From Candidatus Saccharimonadales bacterium (lineage in GTDB: Bacteria > Patescibacteriota > Saccharimonadia > Saccharimonadales > SZUA-47): a stretch of 64,000 bases of DNA. The notes below the pieces were generated by a model. The model was not told the DNA's origin and did not search any database. It saw only the letters and a list, made by a program, of their open reading frames with translations. This document shows positions 15,257 through 23,684 of this stretch, piece by piece. Numbering within the stretch: position 1 is the first letter of the stretch; the number at the start of each line of letters is the position of its first letter. The stretch is taken from contig JBGSRU010000007.1 of NCBI GenBank assembly GCA_041737385.1, forward strand, positions 5,552 to 69,551, written 5' to 3'. The translations under genes and the position numbers were made by a program.

Positions 15257-16132
15257 CTAAACTCGGTGCATATTATGGTTGACGGTACCACTATATATTG
15301 GTCTGATAACGTCTTCAGCTAGCTCTCTTGCTTCATACGCCGCCTCTGTATCAAACTGCCCTCTAGCAGTCCTTGATTCTACGGCAGCAATAACTTTAAC
15401 TGATTCATCGACTAGATACTCGACATCGGCTTTTTTAGCAGCTTTAAGCTCGTCTTTGTCTAGCTCGCCAGGGAATATATATGTTTCCGGGTCGATAAGC
15501 ACTGAAGTTAGTATGGGGTTTCCTCGTTCGTCGACATCGTCTTTAAACGCGTTATTTCTAGGAGCTGCGTCACCGTTAATGACGTCGGCGTTGTGGAGTG
15601 CGCCTAGTGCAGAAGCAGAGGCCGCTAACATTGTCTGAGCATCAACCCACGTGCCCTCTGGAGATAGTTGCCTGTACCTTTGCTCTAAATCATACATGCC
15701 GGGTACGAAAAGTGTTCCCATGAGCACGACTCTGCCATAATTAGCGATAATCTGCGGGCTAAGTGTTTCAAGTCCTGATCTCTTGGCGAATTCGTGAGCA
15801 GCGATTTCTCTTCGCCATATCTCTGGATCATTAACTCTATCCCATTTCTTTTTATACGTTTTGAGCGCGACTTGAATCGGATCTGCATCACCGACGGATA
15901 AGTCCGCGAAGTATATTTGGTGTTTCGTGTCCCGTTGGCTTGGTAAATCGGGGTTCAACGAAACCCTGAAGGTTTCTGCGTCTGCATGTGCAGGGAGAAG
16001 AGCGTGCTTAGGTGGCACAATAAGACTTTGCATTGTTGCTAGAGGTTCGGCACCTGCATCAAACCCGAAATCACGTTGCATTACAACAAATTCAGGTGAT
16101 GACGGTTCTCGTTGCATTACCATAGTGGACAT
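15257..16132 (-). CDS. Hypothetical protein, possible protein-kinase-like (APH/choline-kinase-type) fold
   Basis: LHNADVINGDAAPRNNAF and VLIDPETY resemble the HxDxxxxN catalytic loop and the DxE/D metal loop. Weak call. Confidence 0.4.
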   Translation of the reverse strand: MSTMVMQREPSSPEFVVMQRDFGFDAGAEPLATMQSLIVPPKHALLPAHADAETFRVSLNPDLPSQRDTKHQIYFADLSVGDADPIQVALKTYKKKWDRVNDPEIWRREIAAHEFAKRSGLETLSPQIIANYGRVVLMGTLFVPGMYDLEQRYRQLSPEGTWVDAQTMLAASASALGALHNADVINGDAAPRNNAFKDDVDERGNPILTSVLIDPETYIFPGELDKDELKAAKKADVEYLVDESVKVIAAVESRTARGQFDTEAAYEARELAEDVIRPIYSGTVNHNMHRV

Positions 16133-16223
16133 GCATTGATTATAGCATATTATTTGTGAAAAAGCAATAAGATGTTGCTAGAACTTAGCTCTTTGGTAGT
16201 GAAAGAATAGAATTACGGGTAAT

Positions 16224-17081
16224 CTATAATGAGAGGCTGGTGCAGCGGATGAAGCCGCCACCTTTCATAAGCTCCGTGACATCAGGAGCGAGGACTTTGA
16301 AGCCTCGTTTTTCTAGCGCTGTGCGAAGCAGTGGAGCACGAGCACCCATAATCACCGTCTCTCCAGTAGAGACGAGATTACAGGCGGATGCTTGCATGGC
16401 TTCTTCGATAGTGACTTCGATTTTATCTATATCATTCATGGCATGAATTCTTTCTTGGCTCTCTGGAGTGAAAGCTTCGGGGCACCAGGCGATAAGTGTT
16501 GGCGTAATAATTGAAATTGCTAAATCAAGGTCGTAGAAAAAACTATCTGGCCAACCAGTCACTGGGTTAATCACCGGCTGTAGCTGCTCGTCATAATGAG
16601 GAACAGTTTGCACGCTGATTACTTCGAGGCCTGTTTCCTTCGCGAGTATCGGATGAACCTCCGGAGCGGTTCGGTAGCCCGTGCCAACAAACAGATAACC
16701 GCCACATGGCAGAGCGTCACCCTGACCGCTAAACGGAAACTGCTTTGGTATGTGCACAATGTCATATCCAAGTTCTGAAAGTACTTTTTCTGCATATGGT
16801 TCCTCAGGCTGACGTTTGATCGGGAGGTTGCTCATAATAGCTTTATTGCCGTGGGTGAGCGCCCAGTTTGCCGTATAGACAGCGTCTTGGCAGTTTAATG
16901 GAGCAGGAACTATGCGCACTTCTATACCAGCTTCTTTAAAGGCTCGTTGAATATCACTATGTTCTTCAATCGCTTTTTGCTGGTCAACTGGTACGTTGTC
17001 ATCCATATAAGCATTAATAGCATCGTGATTATCGAAGTACTCGGCGCCTGACATGAGAACTTTAGTATTTATTTTGGTCAT
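16224..17081 (-). CDS. Guanidino-group-modifying enzyme superfamily protein (DDAH / amidinotransferase / arginine-deiminase-like)
   Basis: C-terminal GGGFIRCTSLSL carries the catalytic Cys signature. At 285 aa the length fits DDAH-like enzymes. Confidence 0.7.
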   Translation of the reverse strand: MTKINTKVLMSGAEYFDNHDAINAYMDDNVPVDQQKAIEEHSDIQRAFKEAGIEVRIVPAPLNCQDAVYTANWALTHGNKAIMSNLPIKRQPEEPYAEKVLSELGYDIVHIPKQFPFSGQGDALPCGGYLFVGTGYRTAPEVHPILAKETGLEVISVQTVPHYDEQLQPVINPVTGWPDSFFYDLDLAISIITPTLIAWCPEAFTPESQERIHAMNDIDKIEVTIEEAMQASACNLVSTGETVIMGARAPLLRTALEKRGFKVLAPDVTELMKGGGFIRCTSLSL

Positions 17082-17186
17082 AGTGGTTATAGTTTAGCCC
17101 ACCATCAGGAAAATTGTGAAAAAAACTTTTTTAATCTTATAGAAACAGGGTATATTGACAAATAATATATAAAGGAGTGACAAGTC

Positions 17187-17639
17187 ATGGGATGGTCAAA
17201 AAAACACAGAAAAGGTAGTTCAGCAAGAGTGAAGAGAGACGCAGCAGCAGCTGAGCTTGTAGCTCAAGCACCTGCGGGATACAGAGAAGAAGTGCTTGAT
17301 GCGATTACCGGAGGTTCACTTAGACACAGAAGGCGAATCGTTCAGCGCGTCGGGCAGAGAGCTATTGATCAACAACCAGAACCTGCTCCTGAAAGAACAA
17401 CTGTTGCAGCAGCTGTAAAACCAAGATTTTTACCACTCTCATTACTGGGTGGCTCTAGTGCAGCCGATGGTCGTTCCGTGTTCCCGCGTCCAATTGATGT
17501 TTGCATTCCAGATGCAGAAGCTGCTTGGGGACTCAACGAAGGAATCGCCTTTATAGGAAGTGTTAATACGGTTCGTGAAGTGCTTGATGACTTCCACGCC
17601 CCTGATTTACCAGAACAAGATTTTCCTGGCTATCTTTAA
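17187..17639 (+). CDS. Hypothetical protein (Arg/Ala-rich N-terminus)
   Basis: ORF preceded by AAAGGAG and a TTGACA promoter-like box at 17152-17157. Confidence 0.45.
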   Translation: MGWSKKHRKGSSARVKRDAAAAELVAQAPAGYREEVLDAITGGSLRHRRRIVQRVGQRAIDQQPEPAPERTTVAAAVKPRFLPLSLLGGSSAADGRSVFPRPIDVCIPDAEAAWGLNEGIAFIGSVNTVREVLDDFHAPDLPEQDFPGYL

Positions 17640-17664
17640 TCAACCACAACCCTTGACGAAGTTA

Positions 17665-17691
17665 TTAGCAGTCATGTACGATGAGTGCTAG
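17665..17691 (+). promoter_or_regulatory. CIRCE (HrcA operator) upstream of groES-groEL
   Basis: TTAGCAGTC-N9-GAGTGCTAG versus the consensus TTAGCACTC-N9-GAGTGCTAA (16/18). TTGACG lies just upstream. Confidence 0.85.
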
Positions 17692-17787
17692 AAACGGGTG
17701 TAAGTAAGCGCCAATTAACGCTGTATTACTGCGAGAACACCCGTCTCTACTTTTAGAGACTTATTTGTAAGAGGGAGTTTATAGCAC

Positions 17788-18057
17788 ATGGGAAAAGTTC
17801 CGATCACACCACTAGCGGACTATGTTGTGGTACAACAAGAAGACGCAAAAACGAAAACAGCGAGCGGGCTTTTCTTGCCAGATAGCGGAGCAGAAAAGCC
17901 AAAAATTGCCCTTGTCCTAGGCGTCGGACCACTCGTCAAAGATGTAAAAGTTGGTGACCGAGTTATTTTTGGTGGCTACAGTAATACAGACATTAAGATT
18001 GAAGGCGCTGAATACATGCTTGTCAAAAACGAAAATATCTACGCGAAAGTAAACTAG
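17788..18057 (+). CDS. groES: Co-chaperonin GroES
   Basis: 89 aa. PLADYVVVQQEDAKTKTASGLFLPD mobile-loop region. Adjacent to groEL. Confidence 0.95.
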   Translation: MGKVPITPLADYVVVQQEDAKTKTASGLFLPDSGAEKPKIALVLGVGPLVKDVKVGDRVIFGGYSNTDIKIEGAEYMLVKNENIYAKVN

Positions 18058-18060
18058 AAT

Positions 18061-18222
18061 ATGGACGTTGTATACAATTTGACGTTTAGCTTGTTGCTGG
18101 TGATTGTATTATTTGGATTATTGTATATCGTAGTTAAGAAATCAGGAATTTCACCCTACTCTTCGCGTAGAATTAATGAGCTAGAAGATAAAGTTGAAAA
18201 ATTAGAGAAGGAGAATAAGTAG
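18061..18222 (+). CDS. Candidate 53-aa membrane/coiled-coil micro-protein filling the groES-groEL spacer
   Basis: MDVVYNLTFSLLLVIVLFGLLYIVVKKSGISPYSSRRINELEDKVEKLEKENK. It starts 3 nt after the groES stop, and its TAG stop abuts the groEL ATG. The SD is weak. Confidence 0.4.
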   Translation: MDVVYNLTFSLLLVIVLFGLLYIVVKKSGISPYSSRRINELEDKVEKLEKENK

Positions 18223-19860
18223 ATGGCTAAAAAGGTATTTTATGATGAAGACGCGCGGCGAAGAGTGCTCGGCGGTGCTCAGGCGCTGTATGAAGCGGTC
18301 AAAACAACTATGGGACCAAAGGGCCGCAATGTCGTCATAAGCAAAAGTTACGGTGCTCCTACTGTGACGCATGACGGTGTAACCGTTGCTAAAAGCGTCG
18401 ATATCGCTGATGCAGACGACGAAACACTTGGCTATAAAGTTGGTGCAGAACTGATCAAAGAAGCGGCTAGTAAGATGAACGACGTCGCTGGAGATGGTAC
18501 AACGACTGTGACTGTTCTGACGTATCATATATTGAACGAAGCTAATAAATTGATCGCAGCTGGTCACAACCCGATGCAACTCCGCAAAGGTTTAGAAAAG
18601 GCCTCTGCTGATGTCATAAAACAGCTTGAGGGAATGAGTGAATCGATTACTGGCAAAAGCGACCGAGTGGCTGAAGTCGCAACAATTAGTGCAGGGGACA
18701 AAGAAATCGGTGCGCTGATCGCAGATGTGATGGCCAAAGTTGGTAGAGAAGGTATCGTTACCGTTGAAGAAGGCCAAGGATTAGAGCTAGAAAGCGAAGT
18801 TGTTGAAGGCTTTACGTTTGATCGTGGGTTTGTTAGTCCGTATATGGTTACTGATACAAACCGCATGGAGGCGGCTTTCATGAAGCCAACTGTCGTGATT
18901 ACAGACAAGAAAATCAGCAACATACAAGAAATTTCAGGGCTCATGGAGCAGCTTGCTCAAGCAGGCAAGAAAGACCTTGTGCTGATCGCAGAAGATGTTG
19001 AAGGTGAAGCGATGACCATGCTAGTACTAAATAAACTAAAAGGCGTGTTTAATACCGTTGCAGTCAAAGCTCCAAGTTTTGGTGATCGCCGCACTGATAT
19101 CTTAGAAGATATCGCGATTTTGACTGGTGCAACGGTTATCTCAGAAGAGCATGGGCATAGTTTTGATAGCGTTGATATGAATTTTGTTGGAAGTGCTCGC
19201 AAGATTATTGTCGGTAAAGACGGCACAACTATTATTGAAGGTGCAGGTCCAGCAAAAGCAATCAAAGCTCGAATCGCGCAGATAAACGAACAGATCAAAG
19301 CCACGACCAGTAAGTATGACCGAGGTGAGCTAGAGAAAAGACGCGCTGCATTGGGCGGTAAAGTTGCTGTCATCAAAGTTGGTGGAGCTTCTGAGACCGA
19401 GATTGAGGAAAAGAAATATCGTGTTGACGACGCAGTTGCAGCAGTCAAAGCTGCCATGAGTGAAGGCGTTGTCGCCGGTGGCGGAGTGACTCTGGTTAAC
19501 TTAGCAGCAACGGTTAAGACCCTGAAAGACGAAACCGAGAACGCGGGTGCGCAACTTCTTGCCCGCTCCTTAGAGCAACCGTTCAGAATACTTATGGAGA
19601 ATTCAGGAGAAAATCCGGATGAATGGCTCCCGCAAGTACGGAAAGCAGGCAAAGGTCAAGGTGTTGATGTCACAAAACCTACGAAACTCGTTGATATGAA
19701 GAAATCTGGCGTTGTTGATCCGGTACTAGTCACGAAACAAGCGGTACAGAACTCAGTATCAATAGCGGGTACAAGCATGACAATGGGCGCATTAGTTGTC
19801 GATGTTCCTGAAAAAGAAACTTCTCCTGCCTCGAGCGGCCAAATCGGCTTAGGTATGTAG
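18223..19860 (+). CDS. groEL: Chaperonin GroEL
   Basis: 545 aa. AGDGTTTVTVL, VAVKAPSFGDRR. The C-terminus lacks the classic GGM repeat but ends GLGM. Confidence 0.97.
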   Translation: MAKKVFYDEDARRRVLGGAQALYEAVKTTMGPKGRNVVISKSYGAPTVTHDGVTVAKSVDIADADDETLGYKVGAELIKEAASKMNDVAGDGTTTVTVLTYHILNEANKLIAAGHNPMQLRKGLEKASADVIKQLEGMSESITGKSDRVAEVATISAGDKEIGALIADVMAKVGREGIVTVEEGQGLELESEVVEGFTFDRGFVSPYMVTDTNRMEAAFMKPTVVITDKKISNIQEISGLMEQLAQAGKKDLVLIAEDVEGEAMTMLVLNKLKGVFNTVAVKAPSFGDRRTDILEDIAILTGATVISEEHGHSFDSVDMNFVGSARKIIVGKDGTTIIEGAGPAKAIKARIAQINEQIKATTSKYDRGELEKRRAALGGKVAVIKVGGASETEIEEKKYRVDDAVAAVKAAMSEGVVAGGGVTLVNLAATVKTLKDETENAGAQLLARSLEQPFRILMENSGENPDEWLPQVRKAGKGQGVDVTKPTKLVDMKKSGVVDPVLVTKQAVQNSVSIAGTSMTMGALVVDVPEKETSPASSGQIGLGM

Positions 19861-19941
19861 TGACAAAATAGTTGCTTTTTTGTAAAGTTTGTAGTAGAAT
19901 AGGTTAAAAGGTGGGCTTAATTCAAGGAGTTTTTAGCTATT

Positions 19942-20469
19942 ATGGCACTATTCAACCGCAAGAAGACACAGACAATTTCAGAACTAGAAGATTATTATGC
20001 AAACAAGCGTAACCGCAGTGGCATGGCTTGGTTAATGGCTTTCTTGAGTTTGCTTATAACTGTGCTCGTCATAGCTGCACTTTTCTTTGGTGGCCGTTGG
20101 TTATACCGAACAATATCTGACAGCGACAACTCTACTGATAGCCCAGTTTCAACGGTCAATACAGGAACAGTTGCTACGAGTAACGACAGGGATGATGTCA
20201 TAATTTCTGACTCACAAGTTGATAGCTCTGACTCGTCTAGTGACACAACAACTTCAACTTCAGAAGGTACTGTGTCTGACGAAGCAGCCAGCACTTCAGT
20301 ACCGAACACTGCGACCAACAATGGCCGAACTGCTGGGGCTACGACCACTCCTCCAAGCTCATCTAGCCAGATACCAAACACCGGTGCTGGTGAATTGATT
20401 ATTCTCGCTCCGCTTATCGCTGTAATTGCTGGCTACTTATTCTCTCGAAATCGACAAATACAAAGATAG
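19942..20469 (+). CDS. Ser/Thr-rich surface protein with an LPXTG-like sorting signal (IPNTG)
   Basis: N-terminal TM anchor and an S/T/D-rich spacer. C-terminal IPNTGAG plus a hydrophobic helix plus an RNRQIQR tail. Confidence 0.7.
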   Translation: MALFNRKKTQTISELEDYYANKRNRSGMAWLMAFLSLLITVLVIAALFFGGRWLYRTISDSDNSTDSPVSTVNTGTVATSNDRDDVIISDSQVDSSDSSSDTTTSTSEGTVSDEAASTSVPNTATNNGRTAGATTTPPSSSSQIPNTGAGELIILAPLIAVIAGYLFSRNRQIQR

Positions 20470-20504
20470 ATTAGTCGTTTATTATAATTTTATGATCTGA
20501 TTGT

Positions 20505-20765
20505 AAGCGTGGCTAGTGAAAGCCTCCTTCGTCGCTTTTCGCGCGACACTCGACTATCTTTTTGCTACAGATCAAAAAGATAGCAAAAACTCCGCGGCTG
20601 ACACTTCATCAGCGATGAAAACAGTACAAAAAGCGTCGTGCTTGCGGAACGCTAAAGCGGCCAAAAATGTTTATTATAATTGCTTATTTTTGACTAGTCC
20701 TCAGCAACGATTCGACGCTTTTTGTACTGTTTTCTCGGATGAAAGTGTTTTATGCCGAGAGGCCG
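20505..20765 (+). ncRNA. Candidate structured RNA / repeat element, copy 1 (homolog at 52397-52645)
   Basis: Hairpins at 20531-20547 and 20554-20583 (loop contains CTACAGAT), 20597-20613, and 20617-20638/20713-20734 (22-bp perfect). The element is alignable with the second copy, with compensatory changes. The overlapping 84-aa ORF looks non-coding. Confidence 0.45.
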
Positions 20766-20803
20766 CATAGGCTACGGATATATCGTGTTGGTATAATGAT
20801 TAT

Positions 20804-21322
20804 ATGAAGAAGTTTTGCCATTTGTGCGGTGCTCGATATGAAGAGGGAAAATCACAGCCGTGGGTTTGCTTTAGTTGTGGGAATGAATCCTACACTAACT
20901 CGGTACCATCTACAGAAATCGTGTTTTTTAATGAAAAAGGACAGCTACTCATCTGTAAGCGGGGGATTATACCTAATAAGGGGAAATATGATGTTCCGGG
21001 TGGATTCAATAATTTTAGAGAGTCTTCAGAAGATACCCTCAGAAGAGAAATCAACGAAGAACTTGGTCTTAGCGACGCAGATTACTCGGAACCACAGTTT
21101 GTAACGAGCTGGGTAGGCGAAGAAGGCTATAAGTTTAGCGTTGAAGTAATCTTTCCGCTCAACTCAGTGTTTGTTGCAAAACTATATACGACTGAATTAG
21201 TGGCTCAAGATGACGTTGAAAGCGTTGAGTTTGTAGATATGGATGAATTGGACACGGTAGATTTCTCGTTCAAAGATTACCCAATCATCATTCGAAAAGC
21301 TCACAAAGTGTTATTCGGCTAA
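20804..21322 (+). CDS. NUDIX hydrolase with an N-terminal zinc ribbon
   Basis: CHLCG...CFSCG zinc ribbon. Nudix box GGFNNFRESSEDTLRREINEELGL. TGGTATAAT extended -10 at 20787-20795. Confidence 0.85.
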   Translation: MKKFCHLCGARYEEGKSQPWVCFSCGNESYTNSVPSTEIVFFNEKGQLLICKRGIIPNKGKYDVPGGFNNFRESSEDTLRREINEELGLSDADYSEPQFVTSWVGEEGYKFSVEVIFPLNSVFVAKLYTTELVAQDDVESVEFVDMDELDTVDFSFKDYPIIIRKAHKVLFG

Positions 21323-21982
21323 ACCGGCCTGAGAGAAGTAATTGATTTCGTTGATGATATCTAGCATGGCTTGAGCACGTTCTTTATCGTCGCTGATGTC
21401 TTTTGCTGCTGCAAGTGCTTTATCAAGAAGTGTGTGGTTGTCGTTTGCCTGGATCATCATCATGGTCGTCTTGAAGGTTTCTTCAGGTGTTCCACCGACA
21501 TGATCTGCTAATGGTTCGAGGTGAGCAAGTGCTTGCTGTTTAATGTCAGCTAATTTGTCGTGATCGATTGGCCCAGCTGTATTTGTCGTGTTATCACTAT
21601 CAGATAGTGCTGCGATATAGCTCGTTTGGTCTTGCGAGTCGTCTTCGCTAACAACCGGTGGAGCAACAGGACCAGAGGAAGAACTTGCAGTAGAAGCAGG
21701 CTCTTCAGCTGTAGGCATAATTGGTGTATTATTCTCTTCCGGTGCTGCTTCGTTGGTTGCAACCTGTGCTTCAACAGGGCTTTGAACAAAAGGATTGTCG
21801 GTTGTTATGTGGTGATCGTCTGAAGTTGTGGTATTTTGGACGGGATCAGTGGGCGCAGGCGTCGTTGCCACTTGTGTTGGATCGGGCGACTGAAAATCTT
21901 GCGTTGATACATTATCAAGCATTGACGGGTTCTGTACCGTTGAGCTCCCCATTACTGCTTGATCGTCATTATGTCCGAACAT
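21311..21982 (-). CDS. Hypothetical protein with a T/P/S-rich disordered N-terminal half
   Basis: Start set at ATG 21982 (GGGGTGG RBS upstream). The C-terminal ~90 aa are helical. Confidence 0.5.
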   Translation of the reverse strand: MFGHNDDQAVMGSSTVQNPSMLDNVSTQDFQSPDPTQVATTPAPTDPVQNTTTSDDHHITTDNPFVQSPVEAQVATNEAAPEENNTPIMPTAEEPASTASSSSGPVAPPVVSEDDSQDQTSYIAALSDSDNTTNTAGPIDHDKLADIKQQALAHLEPLADHVGGTPEETFKTTMMMIQANDNHTLLDKALAAAKDISDDKERAQAMLDIINEINYFSQAGLAE

Positions 21983-22151
21983 TTCCACCCCCTGTATCGC
22001 TTCGCTCGAAATTCGAAGCGCTAAATTATAAAATCGAAATTTACTCATATTTTATCATAAGCGTTACTTATAGTGTAGCCAGTTTTTGGGTTCGTGCTTT
22101 ATACTTTGTTTAGAGTTTCTAATTTCAAAATTCGAGTTTGGAGAGTTAAAA

Positions 22152-23198
22152 ATGTTAGATGATTTGAAGTATATAAACCAAAAAGATACATATGACGCAC
22201 TAGGTGTTGTCAGTAAACAGTGGGAGCAACTGCTTCAGAAATACACCCTGCCAAAAATAGAAAACAAGTTTGAAAATATTGTTCACGCAGGTATGGGTGG
22301 TTCCGCGCTGTGGGCGATAGTTGCTCAGAGTTGGCCAGGATTTACGATTCCGTTTGAGATTACAAAAGATTACGATATTCCGTTCTATGTGAACGAAAAA
22401 ACGCTTTTTATTGCAGCTAGCGTCTCTGGAAACACCGAGGAAACGCTATCGTCGTTAGCTCAAGCTGAGGCGAAAGGTGCATTTATCGTAGTAATCGCTG
22501 CTGGAGGTAAGCTTGCGGATATCGCTAGAGAAAAAGGGTATCCATTTATTGAGCTACCTGAAGTCCGACCCCCTCGTTATGGAATGTTTAATGGTCTAAA
22601 GGGTCTGACTATTTTGGGCGAACAGCTAGGATTACTTCAACAAGAAAATGCCATCTCTGAGATTGAATCTGCTGCTGAATTTGTAAAAACTGTAATGCAA
22701 GGATGGGCTGCTGATGTGCCTGAGTCAAAAAACCTTGCTAAACAATTGGCGCATGAGTGTGCAGGTAAATCTATTGTGATTTATAGCGGTCCAATGCTTG
22801 CTCCAGCCGCACATAAATGGAAGATTGGTTTTAATGAGAATGCAAAAAATGTTGCTTGGGAATATACTTTTCCTGAGTTTAATCATAATGAATTTACCGG
22901 CTGGACGTCTCATCCTATAGAGAAACCTTATCAAATTTTCTACTTACTTTCATCTTTTGATAACGACCGAGTCAAAACCCGCTTTGACTTGAGCGAAAAA
23001 CTTTTAAGTGGACGCTGGCCTTCGCCAACAAGGCTTGAAATTAAAGGCAAAACAAAGCTAGAACAGCTGCTGTGGGCGATATCGCTTGGTGATTTTGTCA
23101 GCGTGTACACAGCACTTCTAAACGGAACTAGCCCAATTGACATGGGCAACGATGACATAATTGAAAAGTTCAAAACGGAGTTAGGTCATCCTGTATGA
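22152..23198 (+). CDS. Bifunctional phosphoglucose/phosphomannose isomerase (SIS-domain, archaeal-type PGI/PMI)
   Basis: GMGGSALWA and SVSGNTEETL SIS motifs. Start moved to ATG 22152 after GGAGAG. Confidence 0.8.
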   Translation: MLDDLKYINQKDTYDALGVVSKQWEQLLQKYTLPKIENKFENIVHAGMGGSALWAIVAQSWPGFTIPFEITKDYDIPFYVNEKTLFIAASVSGNTEETLSSLAQAEAKGAFIVVIAAGGKLADIAREKGYPFIELPEVRPPRYGMFNGLKGLTILGEQLGLLQQENAISEIESAAEFVKTVMQGWAADVPESKNLAKQLAHECAGKSIVIYSGPMLAPAAHKWKIGFNENAKNVAWEYTFPEFNHNEFTGWTSHPIEKPYQIFYLLSSFDNDRVKTRFDLSEKLLSGRWPSPTRLEIKGKTKLEQLLWAISLGDFVSVYTALLNGTSPIDMGNDDIIEKFKTELGHPV

Positions 23199-23635
23199 GT
23201 GACAAGGCACCAATTTTTGACCCAAGCGGATTTAGCAATGATTCCTATGTAAAACGAGTTGAAAAACCATGGGGTTATGAGTTGCACTTTGTCCGTGAAG
23301 GCTTGCCATACATGACAAAGCTTGAACATATAAATAAAGGTCATCGTCAAAGTATGCAAATTCATGACACAAAAGAAGAAACTTTCATCTTAATAAAGGG
23401 CCGAGGCGGAGTTATTTGGGAAAACAACAAGGGTGAACTAATAACAACAGAGTTTGAGCCATTTAAGGGATATACAATACCCATCGGTCAGAAACATCGT
23501 CTGATCTCTATAACGGATTGTGACATCATTGAAGGTTCAACGCCAGAGGCAGGAACAACATGGAGACTTGAAGACGACTATGCACGTCCAGATGAAACAC
23601 CTTCGCAACGCAAGAAAGAACGCGGTGAAGAATAG
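23195..23635 (+). CDS. Cupin-domain protein (mannose-6-phosphate-isomerase type II C-terminal-like)
   Basis: KPWGYE...QSMQIH...H cupin motifs. ATGA-type overlap with the upstream isomerase. Confidence 0.65.
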   Translation: MSDKAPIFDPSGFSNDSYVKRVEKPWGYELHFVREGLPYMTKLEHINKGHRQSMQIHDTKEETFILIKGRGGVIWENNKGELITTEFEPFKGYTIPIGQKHRLISITDCDIIEGSTPEAGTTWRLEDDYARPDETPSQRKKERGEE

Positions 23636-23684
23636 CACTATATGGCTCATGGTTATCTAACGTCTAAGTGAGATAATATAATTT

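Noticed and set aside
18564-19652. Antisense ORFs of 126 and 231 aa within groEL
   Set aside because: groEL is unambiguous on the plus strand. The antisense products are Ser/Ala/Pro-rich artefacts.
20617-20734. Invertible promoter switch (fimS/hin-like)
   Set aside because: The 74-nt enclosed segment is far shorter than known invertible promoters, and no recombinase gene is nearby. It is kept only as a low-probability option in the corresponding finding.
20516-20770. 84-aa ORF in the LPXTG-gene / NUDIX intergenic region
   Set aside because: It has no RBS and an implausible composition. It spans hairpins and a 22-bp inverted repeat that are better explained as RNA or repeat structure, and its nucleotide homolog at 52397-52645 has no ORF.
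22086-22151. N-terminal 22-aa extension of the PGI/PMI ORF (and similar extensions at 1358, 36249, 43476, 45153 and 50495)
   Set aside because: The extensions start at TTG or unsupported codons, lack an RBS, and overlap upstream terminators or promoters. The internal ATG/GTG starts have clear SD sequences.
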